The translations under genes and the position numbers were made by a program. Shown here piece after piece: positions 1 to 9,648 of a stretch of 64,000 nt of DNA. The DNA is from an uncultured Candidatus Saccharibacteria bacterium (GTDB taxonomy: Bacteria > Patescibacteriota > Saccharimonadia > Saccharimonadales > Saccharimonadaceae). How positions within the stretch are numbered: position 1 is the first letter of the stretch; every line of letters starts with the position of its first letter. The notes below the pieces were generated by a model that did not search any database, was not told the origin of the DNA, and was given only the letters and a program-made list of their open reading frames with translations. Location: positions 5,912 to 69,911 of the forward strand of contig CAUOLH010000005.1 of NCBI GenBank assembly GCA_963456375.1. Direction: 5' to 3'.

Positions 1-1
1 G

Positions 2-3000
2 ATGGCGCAATTTGCATTTAACGCCACAGGTATTAGCGATTTTAACGCAGTACGCTTGGTGGTTGCCAGCCCGGAAGATATCCTAAAATGGAGCCACGGC
101 GAAGTTACCAAGCCGGAAACGATTAACTACCGCACCCAAAAGCCAGAGCGCGACGGCTTGTTCTGCGAGCGAATCTTTGGCCCAGTCAAGGACATCAATC
201 CGCACGATTCTAAACTCAAGGGCGTGCGCTCGCGCGAAGCTGCAGTCGATAAAAACGGCGAATTAGTCACTAAATCAATCGTCCGCCGCGAGCGCATGGG
301 CCACATTCAATTAGCCGCGCCAGTAGCGCACATCTGGTTTATGCGCGGCACGCCAAGCGCTATGAGCCAACTGCTGGGCATGACCGTCCGCAACATTGAA
401 AAAATCGTTTACTTTGCCACGTACGTCATTCTGAACGTCGACGAAGAAACTCGCGATCAATACCTGGCAGACTTGGAAGCGGAAACTGATTTGGCGCGTA
501 AAGCCATTAAAATTCGCTATGAGAAAATGGCGGAGGAAGACGGCGCTGATATCAAGCAGCTAGCCAAGGAACAGAGCCGCGAAGTTGAGGAGCTGGAAGA
601 AAATTACATTGGCAAGAAGTCGCAATTGGAAGGCTTAAATAAGGGTGCGTTGATTTCAGAGACTGAATATCGCAATTTGCCGGAAGAATACGACGAGCTG
701 ATTGAGGTTGGCATGGGCGCAAGCGCGGTGAAGGCGCTGCTCGATGAAATCGACCTGCCGAAGCTTATCGCTAAATTGACCGAAGAGGCCGAGGGCGCGA
801 AAGGCCAGCGGCAGAAGAAATTACTCAAACGCCTGAAAATGCTGGAAAGTATGGAAACTGCCGGCATTAAGCCGTCCAGCCTATGCATGACCGTTCTGCC
901 GGTAATTCCTCCGGATCTTCGCCCGATGGTGGCGCTGTCTGGCGGCCGGTTCGCGACATCAGATTTGAACGATTTGTACCGCCGGATTATCAACCGTAAT
1001 AACCGCTTGAAAAAGTTGGTTGAGTTGAATGCGCCGGAAGTGATCCAGCGCAATGAAAAGCGCATGCTACAGGAAGCAGTTGATGCTTTGATTGACAATT
1101 CAGCGTCGCGCGGTCGGGCAGTCAGTTCGACTGGCGGTCGCCGCAGCTTGAAGAGCTTGAGCGACATGCTAAAGGGTAAGCAGGGCCGATTTCGCCAGAA
1201 CCTGCTCGGTAAACGCGTTGACTATTCTGGCCGTTCGGTTATCGTGGTTGGTCCAAAATTGAAGATTCACCAGTGCGGTCTGCCAAAGCAAATGGCATTA
1301 GAACTATTCAAGCCATTCGTTATCAGCTGGCTGATTAAGAACGAATTTGCCCATAACATCCGTTCAGCGTCGCGCCTAATTGAGTCGGGCGAGGCGGTGG
1401 TTTGGGATGCGCTTGATTCAGCAATTGAAGGTAAGTACGTGCTGCTTAACCGCGCGCCAAGCTTGCACCGATTGTCAATTCAGGCTTTCCAGCCAGTTCT
1501 GGTCGAAGGCAAGGCAATTCAGTTGCACCCGCTGGTGGCGAACGGATTTAATGCCGATTACGATGGCGACCAGATGGCAGTTCACTTGCCGCTAAGTAAG
1601 GAAGCGCAAGCCGAGGCGCGCAATCTGATGAGCGCCACTAACAACCTGCTGAAACCTGCCGACGGTTCGCCGGTGCTTAACATCGGTCAGGATATCGTGC
1701 TGGGTAACTATTACTTAACCTACGACAAGCCAGCCGCGCAAACAGATAACATCAAATCGTACAGCTCGGTTTACGAAGCGGAAATGGCATATGACAACGG
1801 CGTAATTCATTTGCAAACGCCAATTCGTATTTTCGCCAAAGGCGCGATACGTAACACGACACTGGGGCGCGTCTTCTTCAATGAAATGCTGCCAGAGGAT
1901 TTTCCGTACGATAATAATGTCCAGTCAAAGAAACAATTGAAGAAAGTTTTGGCGCAAATATTTAACAAATACGGCGCCGAGGAAACTGCCAAAATCGCCG
2001 ATCGCATGAAAGGCCAAGCCTTCCGCTTCGCCACAACTGCTGCCGTATCCACTGGCATGACCGACTACGTGCACTTTGACGAAATACCTGAGTTTGTGGC
2101 TGAGGGAGACGCCAAGGCTGCTTTGATTTCTGATCAATTCGATCAAGGTCTGATCACCGAGGATGAACGCTACAACTTGACGGTGAACGCCTGGCGAAAC
2201 GTTGATAATAAGATCACTGCTTTCTTAAAAGACCAGTTGGCACACATGGACACCAGCATCTCAGTGATGGTTAACTCTGGCGCTCGCGGCGACATTTCCA
2301 ATGTGAAACTAGCCAGCGCCATGATCGGCATTCAGGTGGATGCCGCCAACCGCGAAATCGAGCTGCCGATTCGTAGCTCCTACACCGGTGGTCTATCCAG
2401 CCTTGAGGCCTTCGTGGCGACACGCGGTGCGCGCAAGGGCTTGATCGATACGGCGCTTAAGACTGCCGACTCGGGATATCTGACTCGGCGTTTGGTTGAC
2501 GTGGCGCAAGACGTCTTTACAGTTGAAGATGAAGCTGGCGATGACGAGGGCTACGCAATTTACCGTTCAGAAACTGAAGAAACGATGATCGACTTCTCGA
2601 ACCGCTTGGCTGGTCGTTATGCCGCTGAGACGATTCCAGGTCATGTCAATAAGGACGAATTAATCACTCGGGAAATTGCCGACTCAATTGACGATGATGA
2701 AAGCATCCAGAGTGTCAATATCCAATCAGTTCTGTCAACAAATAACCTAAACGGTATTCCGCAGCGCAGCTACGGTGTTGACATGTCAACTGGTAAATTG
2801 GTTGATAAGCATCAGCCAGTCGGCGTTATCGCAGCTCAGTCAGTCGGTGAGCCAGGTACTCAGCTGACCTTGCGTACCTTCCACAACTCCGGTGTGGCCG
2901 GTGGTGACATCACCCAGGGTCTGCCACGCGTTGAAGAATTATTCGAGGCGCGCACACCAAAGGGTCAGGCGTATGTTACGGAAATTGCTGGTCTGATTGA

Positions 3001-3826
3001 TGTTTGGGAAGATGGCAAAAAGTACATCGTCCAAGTTACCCCGGAATCTGGTAAAGTTGAGCGCTTGCCGCTGGATGGCCGAACCATCGTGGTCAAGGCT
3101 GGTTCAAGCGTCAAGGCTGGCGACGTGCTGGCAACTGGCGAAGGTGACGCTCGTCCATTGATTGCACCATTTGACGGTGTGGTTGAAGCAGCTGAAGACA
3201 CCTTGGTGATCGCTGCTGAAGCTGGCGCACCAGCTCGCTACGAAATCCCAGGCACTATGCAGTTGGTCGTCAAAGCCAATGACGTTGTCGAGGCTGGCGA
3301 CCGTTTGACGGCCGGTTCATTGAACCTACACGACTTGATGCGCCTGAAGGGCGTCGAAGCCACGCAGCGCTACATCATCAACGAAGTGCTGCGCATTTAC
3401 GCCGCTCAGGGTCAAGACGTGGCCGACAAGCACCTGGAGATCATCGTTCGCCAGATGTTCAGCCGCGTCCAAATCGAAGATGCGGGCGATAGCGACTTTG
3501 TGACGGGCGACATCGTCTCCAAGGCTGCGGTGGTGAACACCAACAAGCAACTAGCTGCTGAGGGCAAGAATCTCATCAGCTACACCCAGTTGCTACTCGG
3601 TATCACTAAGGTGTCCATCTGGAGCGACTCATGGCTATCCGCTGCGTCCTTCCAGGACACCACTCGCGTGCTGATCAACGCTGCTGTATCTGGCCGCGCT
3701 GACCACTTGCACGGTCTCAAAGAAAACGTCATCATCGGCCGCAAGATCCCAGTGGGAACGGGCGCTGTCGAAGAGGCGGAAACCGACGAGCCAAGCGAGG
3801 ACGAGTTCGCTGACAGTCAGGAATAG
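2..3826 (+). CDS. rpoC: DNA-directed RNA polymerase beta' subunit
   Basis: GEVTKPETINYRT, GRFRQNLLGKRVDYSGRSVI, NADYDGD catalytic loop, GEPGTQLTLRTFH, SAASFQ, GLKENVIIG motifs. Confidence 0.99.
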   Translation: MAQFAFNATGISDFNAVRLVVASPEDILKWSHGEVTKPETINYRTQKPERDGLFCERIFGPVKDINPHDSKLKGVRSREAAVDKNGELVTKSIVRRERMGHIQLAAPVAHIWFMRGTPSAMSQLLGMTVRNIEKIVYFATYVILNVDEETRDQYLADLEAETDLARKAIKIRYEKMAEEDGADIKQLAKEQSREVEELEENYIGKKSQLEGLNKGALISETEYRNLPEEYDELIEVGMGASAVKALLDEIDLPKLIAKLTEEAEGAKGQRQKKLLKRLKMLESMETAGIKPSSLCMTVLPVIPPDLRPMVALSGGRFATSDLNDLYRRIINRNNRLKKLVELNAPEVIQRNEKRMLQEAVDALIDNSASRGRAVSSTGGRRSLKSLSDMLKGKQGRFRQNLLGKRVDYSGRSVIVVGPKLKIHQCGLPKQMALELFKPFVISWLIKNEFAHNIRSASRLIESGEAVVWDALDSAIEGKYVLLNRAPSLHRLSIQAFQPVLVEGKAIQLHPLVANGFNADYDGDQMAVHLPLSKEAQAEARNLMSATNNLLKPADGSPVLNIGQDIVLGNYYLTYDKPAAQTDNIKSYSSVYEAEMAYDNGVIHLQTPIRIFAKGAIRNTTLGRVFFNEMLPEDFPYDNNVQSKKQLKKVLAQIFNKYGAEETAKIADRMKGQAFRFATTAAVSTGMTDYVHFDEIPEFVAEGDAKAALISDQFDQGLITEDERYNLTVNAWRNVDNKITAFLKDQLAHMDTSISVMVNSGARGDISNVKLASAMIGIQVDAANREIELPIRSSYTGGLSSLEAFVATRGARKGLIDTALKTADSGYLTRRLVDVAQDVFTVEDEAGDDEGYAIYRSETEETMIDFSNRLAGRYAAETIPGHVNKDELITREIADSIDDDESIQSVNIQSVLSTNNLNGIPQRSYGVDMSTGKLVDKHQPVGVIAAQSVGEPGTQLTLRTFHNSGVAGGDITQGLPRVEELFEARTPKGQAYVTEIAGLIDVWEDGKKYIVQVTPESGKVERLPLDGRTIVVKAGSSVKAGDVLATGEGDARPLIAPFDGVVEAAEDTLVIAAEAGAPARYEIPGTMQLVVKANDVVEAGDRLTAGSLNLHDLMRLKGVEATQRYIINEVLRIYAAQGQDVADKHLEIIVRQMFSRVQIEDAGDSDFVTGDIVSKAAVVNTNKQLAAEGKNLISYTQLLLGITKVSIWSDSWLSAASFQDTTRVLINAAVSGRADHLHGLKENVIIGRKIPVGTGAVEEAETDEPSEDEFADSQE

Positions 3827-3868
3827 GAATTGATCGTGGCTGCGTAGGCAATCGCCTTTTCTGCAAGG

Positions 3869-3901
3869 AAACCGCTCCGGTAGTTACGGGGCGGTTTTTT
3901 C
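3869..3901 (+). terminator. Intrinsic terminator after rpoC
   Basis: ACCGCTCCG / CGGGGCGGT stem followed by T tract. Confidence 0.8.
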
Positions 3902-3967
3902 TATAAGAGCCGCGCGAAAGAAATAGTAAAATTTGACACGTAAACATAGCTAGGTAATAATAAATGT

Positions 3968-4990
3968 ATGCGTGAAGTATTTTTGTCGGAGACTATACCG
4001 CAAAAAGACTGGTGTCAGACACCGCCGCCAGACGGCTGGGATAAGGTTGTTTGCAGCAGAATAAAAGCCGACAACGGTCTGGGTATCTATATAGCTGATG
4101 CCCGCCAGAAAGACGACCCCAGAGAAAACGACAGAAACACGACTGTCATTTTACCCCCATGGGCGGACGGTACGTATCATAATCCTATATCCCAAGCTCG
4201 AGCGAAAGTTACCGCAGCGCTGGAGAATGGGTTAGTGATATACGTAGACAATCCAGGAGTTGAGCTTGAAACGCCGCGTATGGATAGAGATGTCCGCTGG
4301 GCGCTTTGTCAAGGCAATTTCGAACCTGGCGCCATAGAGCAGTGGGATGCTATCAGCCAAGCACTAGACGGTGCCGACTTGGATTTTAACGCAATTAACC
4401 GCGTTATAGGCTATTCGCTTGGCGCTCACGTTGCGGCGGCGATTGCCCGGACTGCACCGGGGGAAGTGTATCTGGATCGGCTCGATTTATGGGAAGCGGC
4501 TGGTCTTAGTGAGGATTATAAAAACGGCTTGGCTGGTTTCTGTAAATTTGTTGGCAATTTCCTGCAGCACGGCAGCGACCAATGTCCAGAGATATTACAA
4601 ATAAATCCTAATTGGGCAGCTGAACTACGCGAAGTTGACCTCAAATCTACCTTAGCCAAGCTTGCTATTCGCCGAACAGCTGGGATGGCGTGCTACCCAA
4701 TAGCAATCAACCACCATAACATTGCGGAAACAATCGTTAAAGCGAAAGATAGGAAAAATCCCGCAATCGACGGCGATACAACGGTGACTGTCCTAAACGG
4801 TACGGAAAGCTTGATTAGTCCCAGCAGCTGCAACGACCGCTTAGCGCAGCGCCTAGCTCATGCCGGATTAAAGATCGCCAGATTTGAATCAGAGGGCGGT
4901 GTCCACGCCTCGCAGGATAATCTAGGCTGGTGGTCCAGCATACAGCGGCAAATATCGCAGACAATCTCTCGCCTTCAAGCGCAGCCATAG
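3968..4990 (+). CDS. Putative alpha/beta-fold hydrolase (orphan-like)
   Basis: 340-aa ORF with GYSLG (G-x-S-x-G) nucleophile elbow and a C-terminal His (GGVHAS). Confidence 0.6.
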   Translation: MREVFLSETIPQKDWCQTPPPDGWDKVVCSRIKADNGLGIYIADARQKDDPRENDRNTTVILPPWADGTYHNPISQARAKVTAALENGLVIYVDNPGVELETPRMDRDVRWALCQGNFEPGAIEQWDAISQALDGADLDFNAINRVIGYSLGAHVAAAIARTAPGEVYLDRLDLWEAAGLSEDYKNGLAGFCKFVGNFLQHGSDQCPEILQINPNWAAELREVDLKSTLAKLAIRRTAGMACYPIAINHHNIAETIVKAKDRKNPAIDGDTTVTVLNGTESLISPSSCNDRLAQRLAHAGLKIARFESEGGVHASQDNLGWWSSIQRQISQTISRLQAQP

Positions 4991-5160
4991 ATCCTGAATA
5001 CCAAGGTTAGAGTTTCTCCTTCTTGTGTCTTTAATTAGCTTTATCTCTGCTTCTGTATGGGAGTTTGTACGCTATAATTTTAAAGCATTTGACAACGGCC
5101 CTACAATCTCAACTATATATCCTTGAAGGGATTATTTATTTGGTAATTGGTACGGGAACA

Positions 5161-5201
5161 TTGACCTGAGCGTTCCAATATGATATATATATCAGCTTTT
5201 G
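5161..5201 (+). promoter_or_regulatory. TTGAC-N15-TGATATATATATCA-GCTTTTG promoter/operator, copy 1
   Basis: TTGACC at 5161; perfect palindrome TGATATATATATCA 5181-5194; 24 bp (5178-5201) identical to 36051-36074. Confidence 0.7.
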
Positions 5202-5255
5202 CGTACCCGGCACCTGGCGCAGAAGAGTTACTTCGCAGAGAGGAGGTGACTTACT

Positions 5256-5462
5256 ATGTCCGCTCTAACCTTTTTGGCTACTGCACTGACGACAATGCTG
5301 ATCGTCAGTGCAATTGTTTGCCTAGCAATCTATGGCCCAGAGGAAGAAAAGAATTTCATCCAGGGGACCTTTGAGGTCTTCTGGTTGATCGCCCACGTCG
5401 CGGTCATAGTGGCGCTCGCTATCTTCTATATAGCGGCGCTACTTTGGGGTATTAGTATCTAG
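5256..5462 (+). CDS. Small two-helix membrane protein
   Basis: 68 aa, two hydrophobic stretches, strong SD AGGAGGTGA at 5241-5249, own promoter and downstream hairpins. Confidence 0.7.
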   Translation: MSALTFLATALTTMLIVSAIVCLAIYGPEEEKNFIQGTFEVFWLIAHVAVIVALAIFYIAALLWGISI

Positions 5463-5516
5463 ACGAGCCCCTCCCCAGCGGAGTAACACCACTCCGCCCG
5501 CCTGACCACTGCGTCG

Positions 5517-5556
5517 AGTAGAAACTCCGCCTGGTCGGGGGGGTGGAGTTTTTACT
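5517..5556 (+). terminator. Terminator hairpin after small membrane gene
   Basis: AAACTCCGCC / GGTGGAGTTT stem with T tract. Confidence 0.65.
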
Positions 5557-5628
5557 TGGGAAAAGCATTTATTGGAGTCACACCTAAACCGCTGTACAAA
5601 ACACCAAGCATTGTGATATAGTAGGAGC

Positions 5629-5834
5629 AGAGTTTCCTCTTTTCGGAGCGCGCGGTGGTTTGAATGTGTACAGGCTGCATGCTCGGCAGAAAAGGTAAAG
5701 ACACGGGGCGGAGTTGCTGAATCCAAGCCGTAGGCGCTAAGAGAAGCTGGTTTTTGCGTGTCAATGCCGCGCCAGCCCGCTAGAGCCACCAGGCGATAGC
5801 GCCATCATTAGTAAATCAACCAAGGAGAAATTGG
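5629..5834 (+). ncRNA. Candidate structured 5' leader or ncRNA upstream of rpsL
   Basis: Extended -10 TGaTATAGT at 5614-5622; nested pairings 5654-5661/5783-5790, 5673-5677/5773-5777, 5685-5688/5765-5768, 5700-5705/5757-5762. Confidence 0.5.
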
Positions 5835-6248
5835 ATGCCAACAATCAACCAATTGGTGCGCAAGCCGCGCCAAACGGCCAAGAAAAAGTCCAAGTCGCCA
5901 GCACTGGGTCGCATTCACAACGCCCTGAAAACGCGTTACTACGACCAAAATGCACCGCTCAAGCGTGGTGTTTGTGTGCGTGTGACGACCAAGACACCAA
6001 AGAAACCAAACTCAGCTTTGCGTAAAGTTGCCCGCGTGAAACTAAACAACGGCTACGAAGTTTGGGCCTACATCGGTGGTGAGGGTCACAACTTGCAGGA
6101 GCACGCTGTGGTCTTGATCCGCGGTGGTCGTGTGCCTGACCTTCCGGGTGTGCGCTACCACATCGTCCGTGGTGCGTTGGACCTCCAGGGTGTCAACAAC
6201 CGCAAGCGGGGCCGCTCGAAGTACGGTACCAAGAAAGGGGATAAGTAA
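5835..6248 (+). CDS. rpsL: 30S ribosomal protein S12
   Basis: [10 protein letters not shown] start, [34 protein letters not shown]. Confidence 0.99.
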   Translation: MPTINQLVRKPRQTAKKKSKSPALGRIHNALKTRYYDQNAPLKRGVCVRVTTKTPKKPNSALRKVARVKLNNGYEVWAYIGGEGHNLQEHAVVLIRGGRVPDLPGVRYHIVRGALDLQGVNNRKRGRSKYGTKKGDK

Positions 6249-6250
6249 TC

Positions 6251-6730
6251 ATGCCTCGTAAAGTTACCAAGAAATTACAACGCCAATTGCAACCTGACCG
6301 CCGCTACCAAAGCGTGCTGGTACAGCGTTTGATTAACAAGTCAATGTTGGATGGTAAAAAATTGGCGGCTGAGCGTGCTGTTTATACCGCACTAGAAACC
6401 GCTGCGAAGAAACTGGACTCAGAAGATCCACTGGCAGTGTTTGAAAAAGCCTTGAAAAACGTCAGTCCAAACTTTGAGGTGAAGAGCCGCCGTGTCGGTG
6501 GTGCTAACTACCAGATTCCATTCCCAGTTCAGGGACACCGGCAGCTACACTACGCGTTTAGCTGGCTGGTGCAATCAGCCCGCGCTCGTAGCGGCATGCC
6601 ATACTCGCAGCGTTTGGCGCTAGAAATCGTTGACGCCTACAACGAAGCTGGTGCTGCCTTCAAGAAGAAGGAAGACACCCACAAGATGGCCGAAGCCAAC
6701 CGCGCCTTTGCACACTTTGCTCGCGGATAA
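6251..6730 (+). CDS. rpsG: 30S ribosomal protein S7
   Basis: EVKSRRVGGANYQ, KKKEDTHKMAEANRAFAH. Confidence 0.99.
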   Translation: MPRKVTKKLQRQLQPDRRYQSVLVQRLINKSMLDGKKLAAERAVYTALETAAKKLDSEDPLAVFEKALKNVSPNFEVKSRRVGGANYQIPFPVQGHRQLHYAFSWLVQSARARSGMPYSQRLALEIVDAYNEAGAAFKKKEDTHKMAEANRAFAHFARG

Positions 6731-6874
6731 TTTCGGTAAAAAATGACAGAGGATTTCACTGAGCCGGGTTTATTTAACGCCCAGTTTTAAGGCAGCTTGA
6801 ATCCGCCGAAATAATACCGAATAAACTAAGAAATCGCTCTATAAAAGGGCGATTTTCTTGATATAATAAAGCTT

Positions 6875-9544
6875 ATGGAACAGAAACCTACGAAAAAGCT
6901 AAAGCTCATCGCGATAATCTCAGGTGCACTATTTGTTATTTTAATAGCTGTTTGGATTTTTATCGCCACCAGACCGCAGGAAACTGGCAACGTTACGCGG
7001 ACTGCCCGCCAAAAGATGAAAAACGCGCTGCTTGGCGACGGCAAATCAGGCGTTCAGACAGTTGTCTCCAAATACGGTTTTACCGTGACATACGACACAG
7101 CGACGTTCAACGGCTCAGCGCATGAAGTCGCAAAAAACTCGAACGACAAGGAATACCGCGCAAAAACCTACAATAATGACGAGCTGAAAGAATCGCGCGG
7201 CTACAACTTGGTGGAAATTGCTTTCAAGCAGGCCAGCGACGCTATCAAGGGCAAAGACGGCAAGATATCCAGCAGGACAATCCGGCCATATTTGACAATC
7301 AATACCTCGCGCGCCCGCAACTATTTTGACCGCTCAATAATGCCTGACAAATATAAGGATAAGAAGAAATATTCTGATTTGGACTTGCTAGCTGAAGTCG
7401 ACGTCATGAAGACAAAAGAAAAAGAGCCCAACGCCAAGCTTACCGTCTCGAAAATCACCATATCGGGCAAAGAATTTCGTAAAATCGACCAAACGCTTAC
7501 CTACACTAATAATGGGACTGTGTACGAGACTGGACACGCTTACAGTTATATGACCGTGCAAAACGGCCGGCCTTACTGGATGAGATTTAATGCCTACAAA
7601 GGAGTTGGCGTCGAGGATTACGTAGCACAGTTGGAAAGAATTATCGCTGGCGTTACATTCCAGAAACCGGATAACAAGCTGTTAGTTGGCGCTAGTGAAA
7701 ATGCCAGTGTTGTCCTAGCTAACTCTTCAACTAATAGCTCGCTAAATAATCAGGACACGATGAACACGCTGGAGAATCTCGACACCGATTCAATCATCAA
7801 CGTGGTCGCCAGAAACCAAATAGCAACCGTGCGTATCGCTTCCGCGCGCTGCGCCGACATAAAATACACTGCAGATAACGGCGCGTCGCTGCAAATACAG
7901 AATGCTTGCGCCGGCGGCATCGGCAGCGGCTCAATTATAACCAACAGCGGGCATGTGGCTACCAACGGGCACGTCGTCGAATGGTCAACCGACACTCTGT
8001 TTTCTAGCGCCATGTCGCAGGCTGGCGAGGATCTATGGAAGTCGTATTTCGAATTTGTCATTAGTGCCGGCTATATTTCCAGAGCAGATTTGGCATCCTT
8101 GGCAGCCAAAGCTCAGGAGGGCAGTGCCGACGCCATAGCAATTATCTTCAGCCTGATCAATAAAGTTCCCGAGCATAACGTCCAAGTCGCAAACGATGAA
8201 AGCGATTACGTCGTGCAAACATCCAGCGACCCGATCCGAATCGACGGAACATACGCCCGCTACAAATGGGTAACTACCAGCACTAATTATTCGGCGAAAA
8301 AAATCGACTCCGAAGTTAATATGAAAAGCTTGCGGCTAGATATTAATAACAAAGAAACCGATGTCGCCATTCTAAAAATCGAAGGCAACTTTCCGGCAGT
8401 CGAATTAGGCGACAGTACGCTATTAGATAGCGGCGACCGATTGACGGCAATTGGGTTTCCGGCGGTTGTTGACGACGGCCTTAACACGAAGAAAGAAAAA
8501 ACCGTGCCTACGGTCACGCAGGGTAACCTGCAGCAAACAGTACTTGATGGCGGCGGACATAAGCTATTCCTTATGTCAACGATGATCGCCTCCGGCAATA
8601 GCGGCGGTCCGGCCTTCGATTCAAAGGGCAAGCAAGTCGGTATTAATACCTATGGCGGCGGCAGGTGTGAGGACGATAAAAAAGGCAACTCCTGTTTCGG
8701 CAAAGGCATCGCCAGAGATATTTCCGACCTAAAAGCCATGGCTAAAAAGAACAACGTCGCCATATCGGCAGACGGCGAGCTGACTAGGCTTTGGAAAGAC
8801 GGTTTGGCGCAATTTGACAAGGGTAAATACTCAAAGGCCAAAGATTATTTTAGCGAGCTTAACCGCCTGTATCCTCAAAACTATCTGGTCGCTAAACTGC
8901 TGAAAATCTCTGAAGAAACCGCGGACGACTACGTCGACGAAGACGTGGCGAAACAATACGGCAACTCGCCGGTCGATAATAAGAGTAATAATACTGCGCT
9001 TGCCGTGGTGGTAGTCTTAACTATTACTATCGGTTTACTGTTCATCGGTACGTCAGTCGTAGTTATTATAGTAACGTCCGACAACAAACGTAAAAAACAG
9101 GAATACGACATGCTGTACGAGGTTAATACTCAAACGCCAAAAACGCCGCCGCCGCACTTTCAGAGACTATACGAGGATGAGCCTGGATACGCTAACTATT
9201 CATATCCGCAGCAGACACCAAACCAACCAACAGCCCAACAACAGACAATGCCGCAGAACCCAGCCTACCAGCAAAACACAGCCCAACAATCTGCCAGTTC
9301 GCCGCAGCAGCCGCAACCTCAACCGACTCAGCCGCTAAATACGCAGCCGCCTCAATCATTCCAGCAGCCGCCGGCCTACCGGCCGCCAACGCAAGCACCA
9401 ATGCAACCGTCGCAGCTGCAACAATACTCGCAGCCGTACCAGCAACCGCCGCAAACGCCGCCATATCCTCAGCAACAAGCACCAACTCAACCGCCAAACC
9501 AGCAGCAGCCGCCAATGAACGGTCCAACTGCGCCGGGAAGCTAG
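6875..9544 (+). CDS. Membrane-anchored trypsin-like (S1) serine protease with Pro/Gln-rich cytoplasmic tail
   Basis: N-terminal TM helix; triad motifs ATNGHV, DVAILK, GNSGGP; TPR-like helix pair; second TM helix; P/Q low-complexity C-terminus. Confidence 0.88.
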   Translation: MEQKPTKKLKLIAIISGALFVILIAVWIFIATRPQETGNVTRTARQKMKNALLGDGKSGVQTVVSKYGFTVTYDTATFNGSAHEVAKNSNDKEYRAKTYNNDELKESRGYNLVEIAFKQASDAIKGKDGKISSRTIRPYLTINTSRARNYFDRSIMPDKYKDKKKYSDLDLLAEVDVMKTKEKEPNAKLTVSKITISGKEFRKIDQTLTYTNNGTVYETGHAYSYMTVQNGRPYWMRFNAYKGVGVEDYVAQLERIIAGVTFQKPDNKLLVGASENASVVLANSSTNSSLNNQDTMNTLENLDTDSIINVVARNQIATVRIASARCADIKYTADNGASLQIQNACAGGIGSGSIITNSGHVATNGHVVEWSTDTLFSSAMSQAGEDLWKSYFEFVISAGYISRADLASLAAKAQEGSADAIAIIFSLINKVPEHNVQVANDESDYVVQTSSDPIRIDGTYARYKWVTTSTNYSAKKIDSEVNMKSLRLDINNKETDVAILKIEGNFPAVELGDSTLLDSGDRLTAIGFPAVVDDGLNTKKEKTVPTVTQGNLQQTVLDGGGHKLFLMSTMIASGNSGGPAFDSKGKQVGINTYGGGRCEDDKKGNSCFGKGIARDISDLKAMAKKNNVAISADGELTRLWKDGLAQFDKGKYSKAKDYFSELNRLYPQNYLVAKLLKISEETADDYVDEDVAKQYGNSPVDNKSNNTALAVVVVLTITIGLLFIGTSVVVIIVTSDNKRKKQEYDMLYEVNTQTPKTPPPHFQRLYEDEPGYANYSYPQQTPNQPTAQQQTMPQNPAYQQNTAQQSASSPQQPQPQPTQPLNTQPPQSFQQPPAYRPPTQAPMQPSQLQQYSQPYQQPPQTPPYPQQQAPTQPPNQQQPPMNGPTAPGS

Positions 9545-9648
9545 AAAAACCCGCGAACATCTGCTATAATCAGCAGCAAGAGTAGTTTTTTGGTGGCAAA
9601 AAATAACACTGAGAATCTCGACAAATTAACGTAACAAAGGAAAGACGA

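Noticed and set aside
5629..5834. SRP RNA or RNase P RNA
   Set aside because: No SRP domain IV motif (CAGG..GNRA..AGCAG) and no GAGGAAAGTC RNase P motif
9130..9544. CAG/CCG-rich stretch as a DNA repeat element
   Set aside because: Explained by the low-complexity Pro/Gln protein tail; no fixed period
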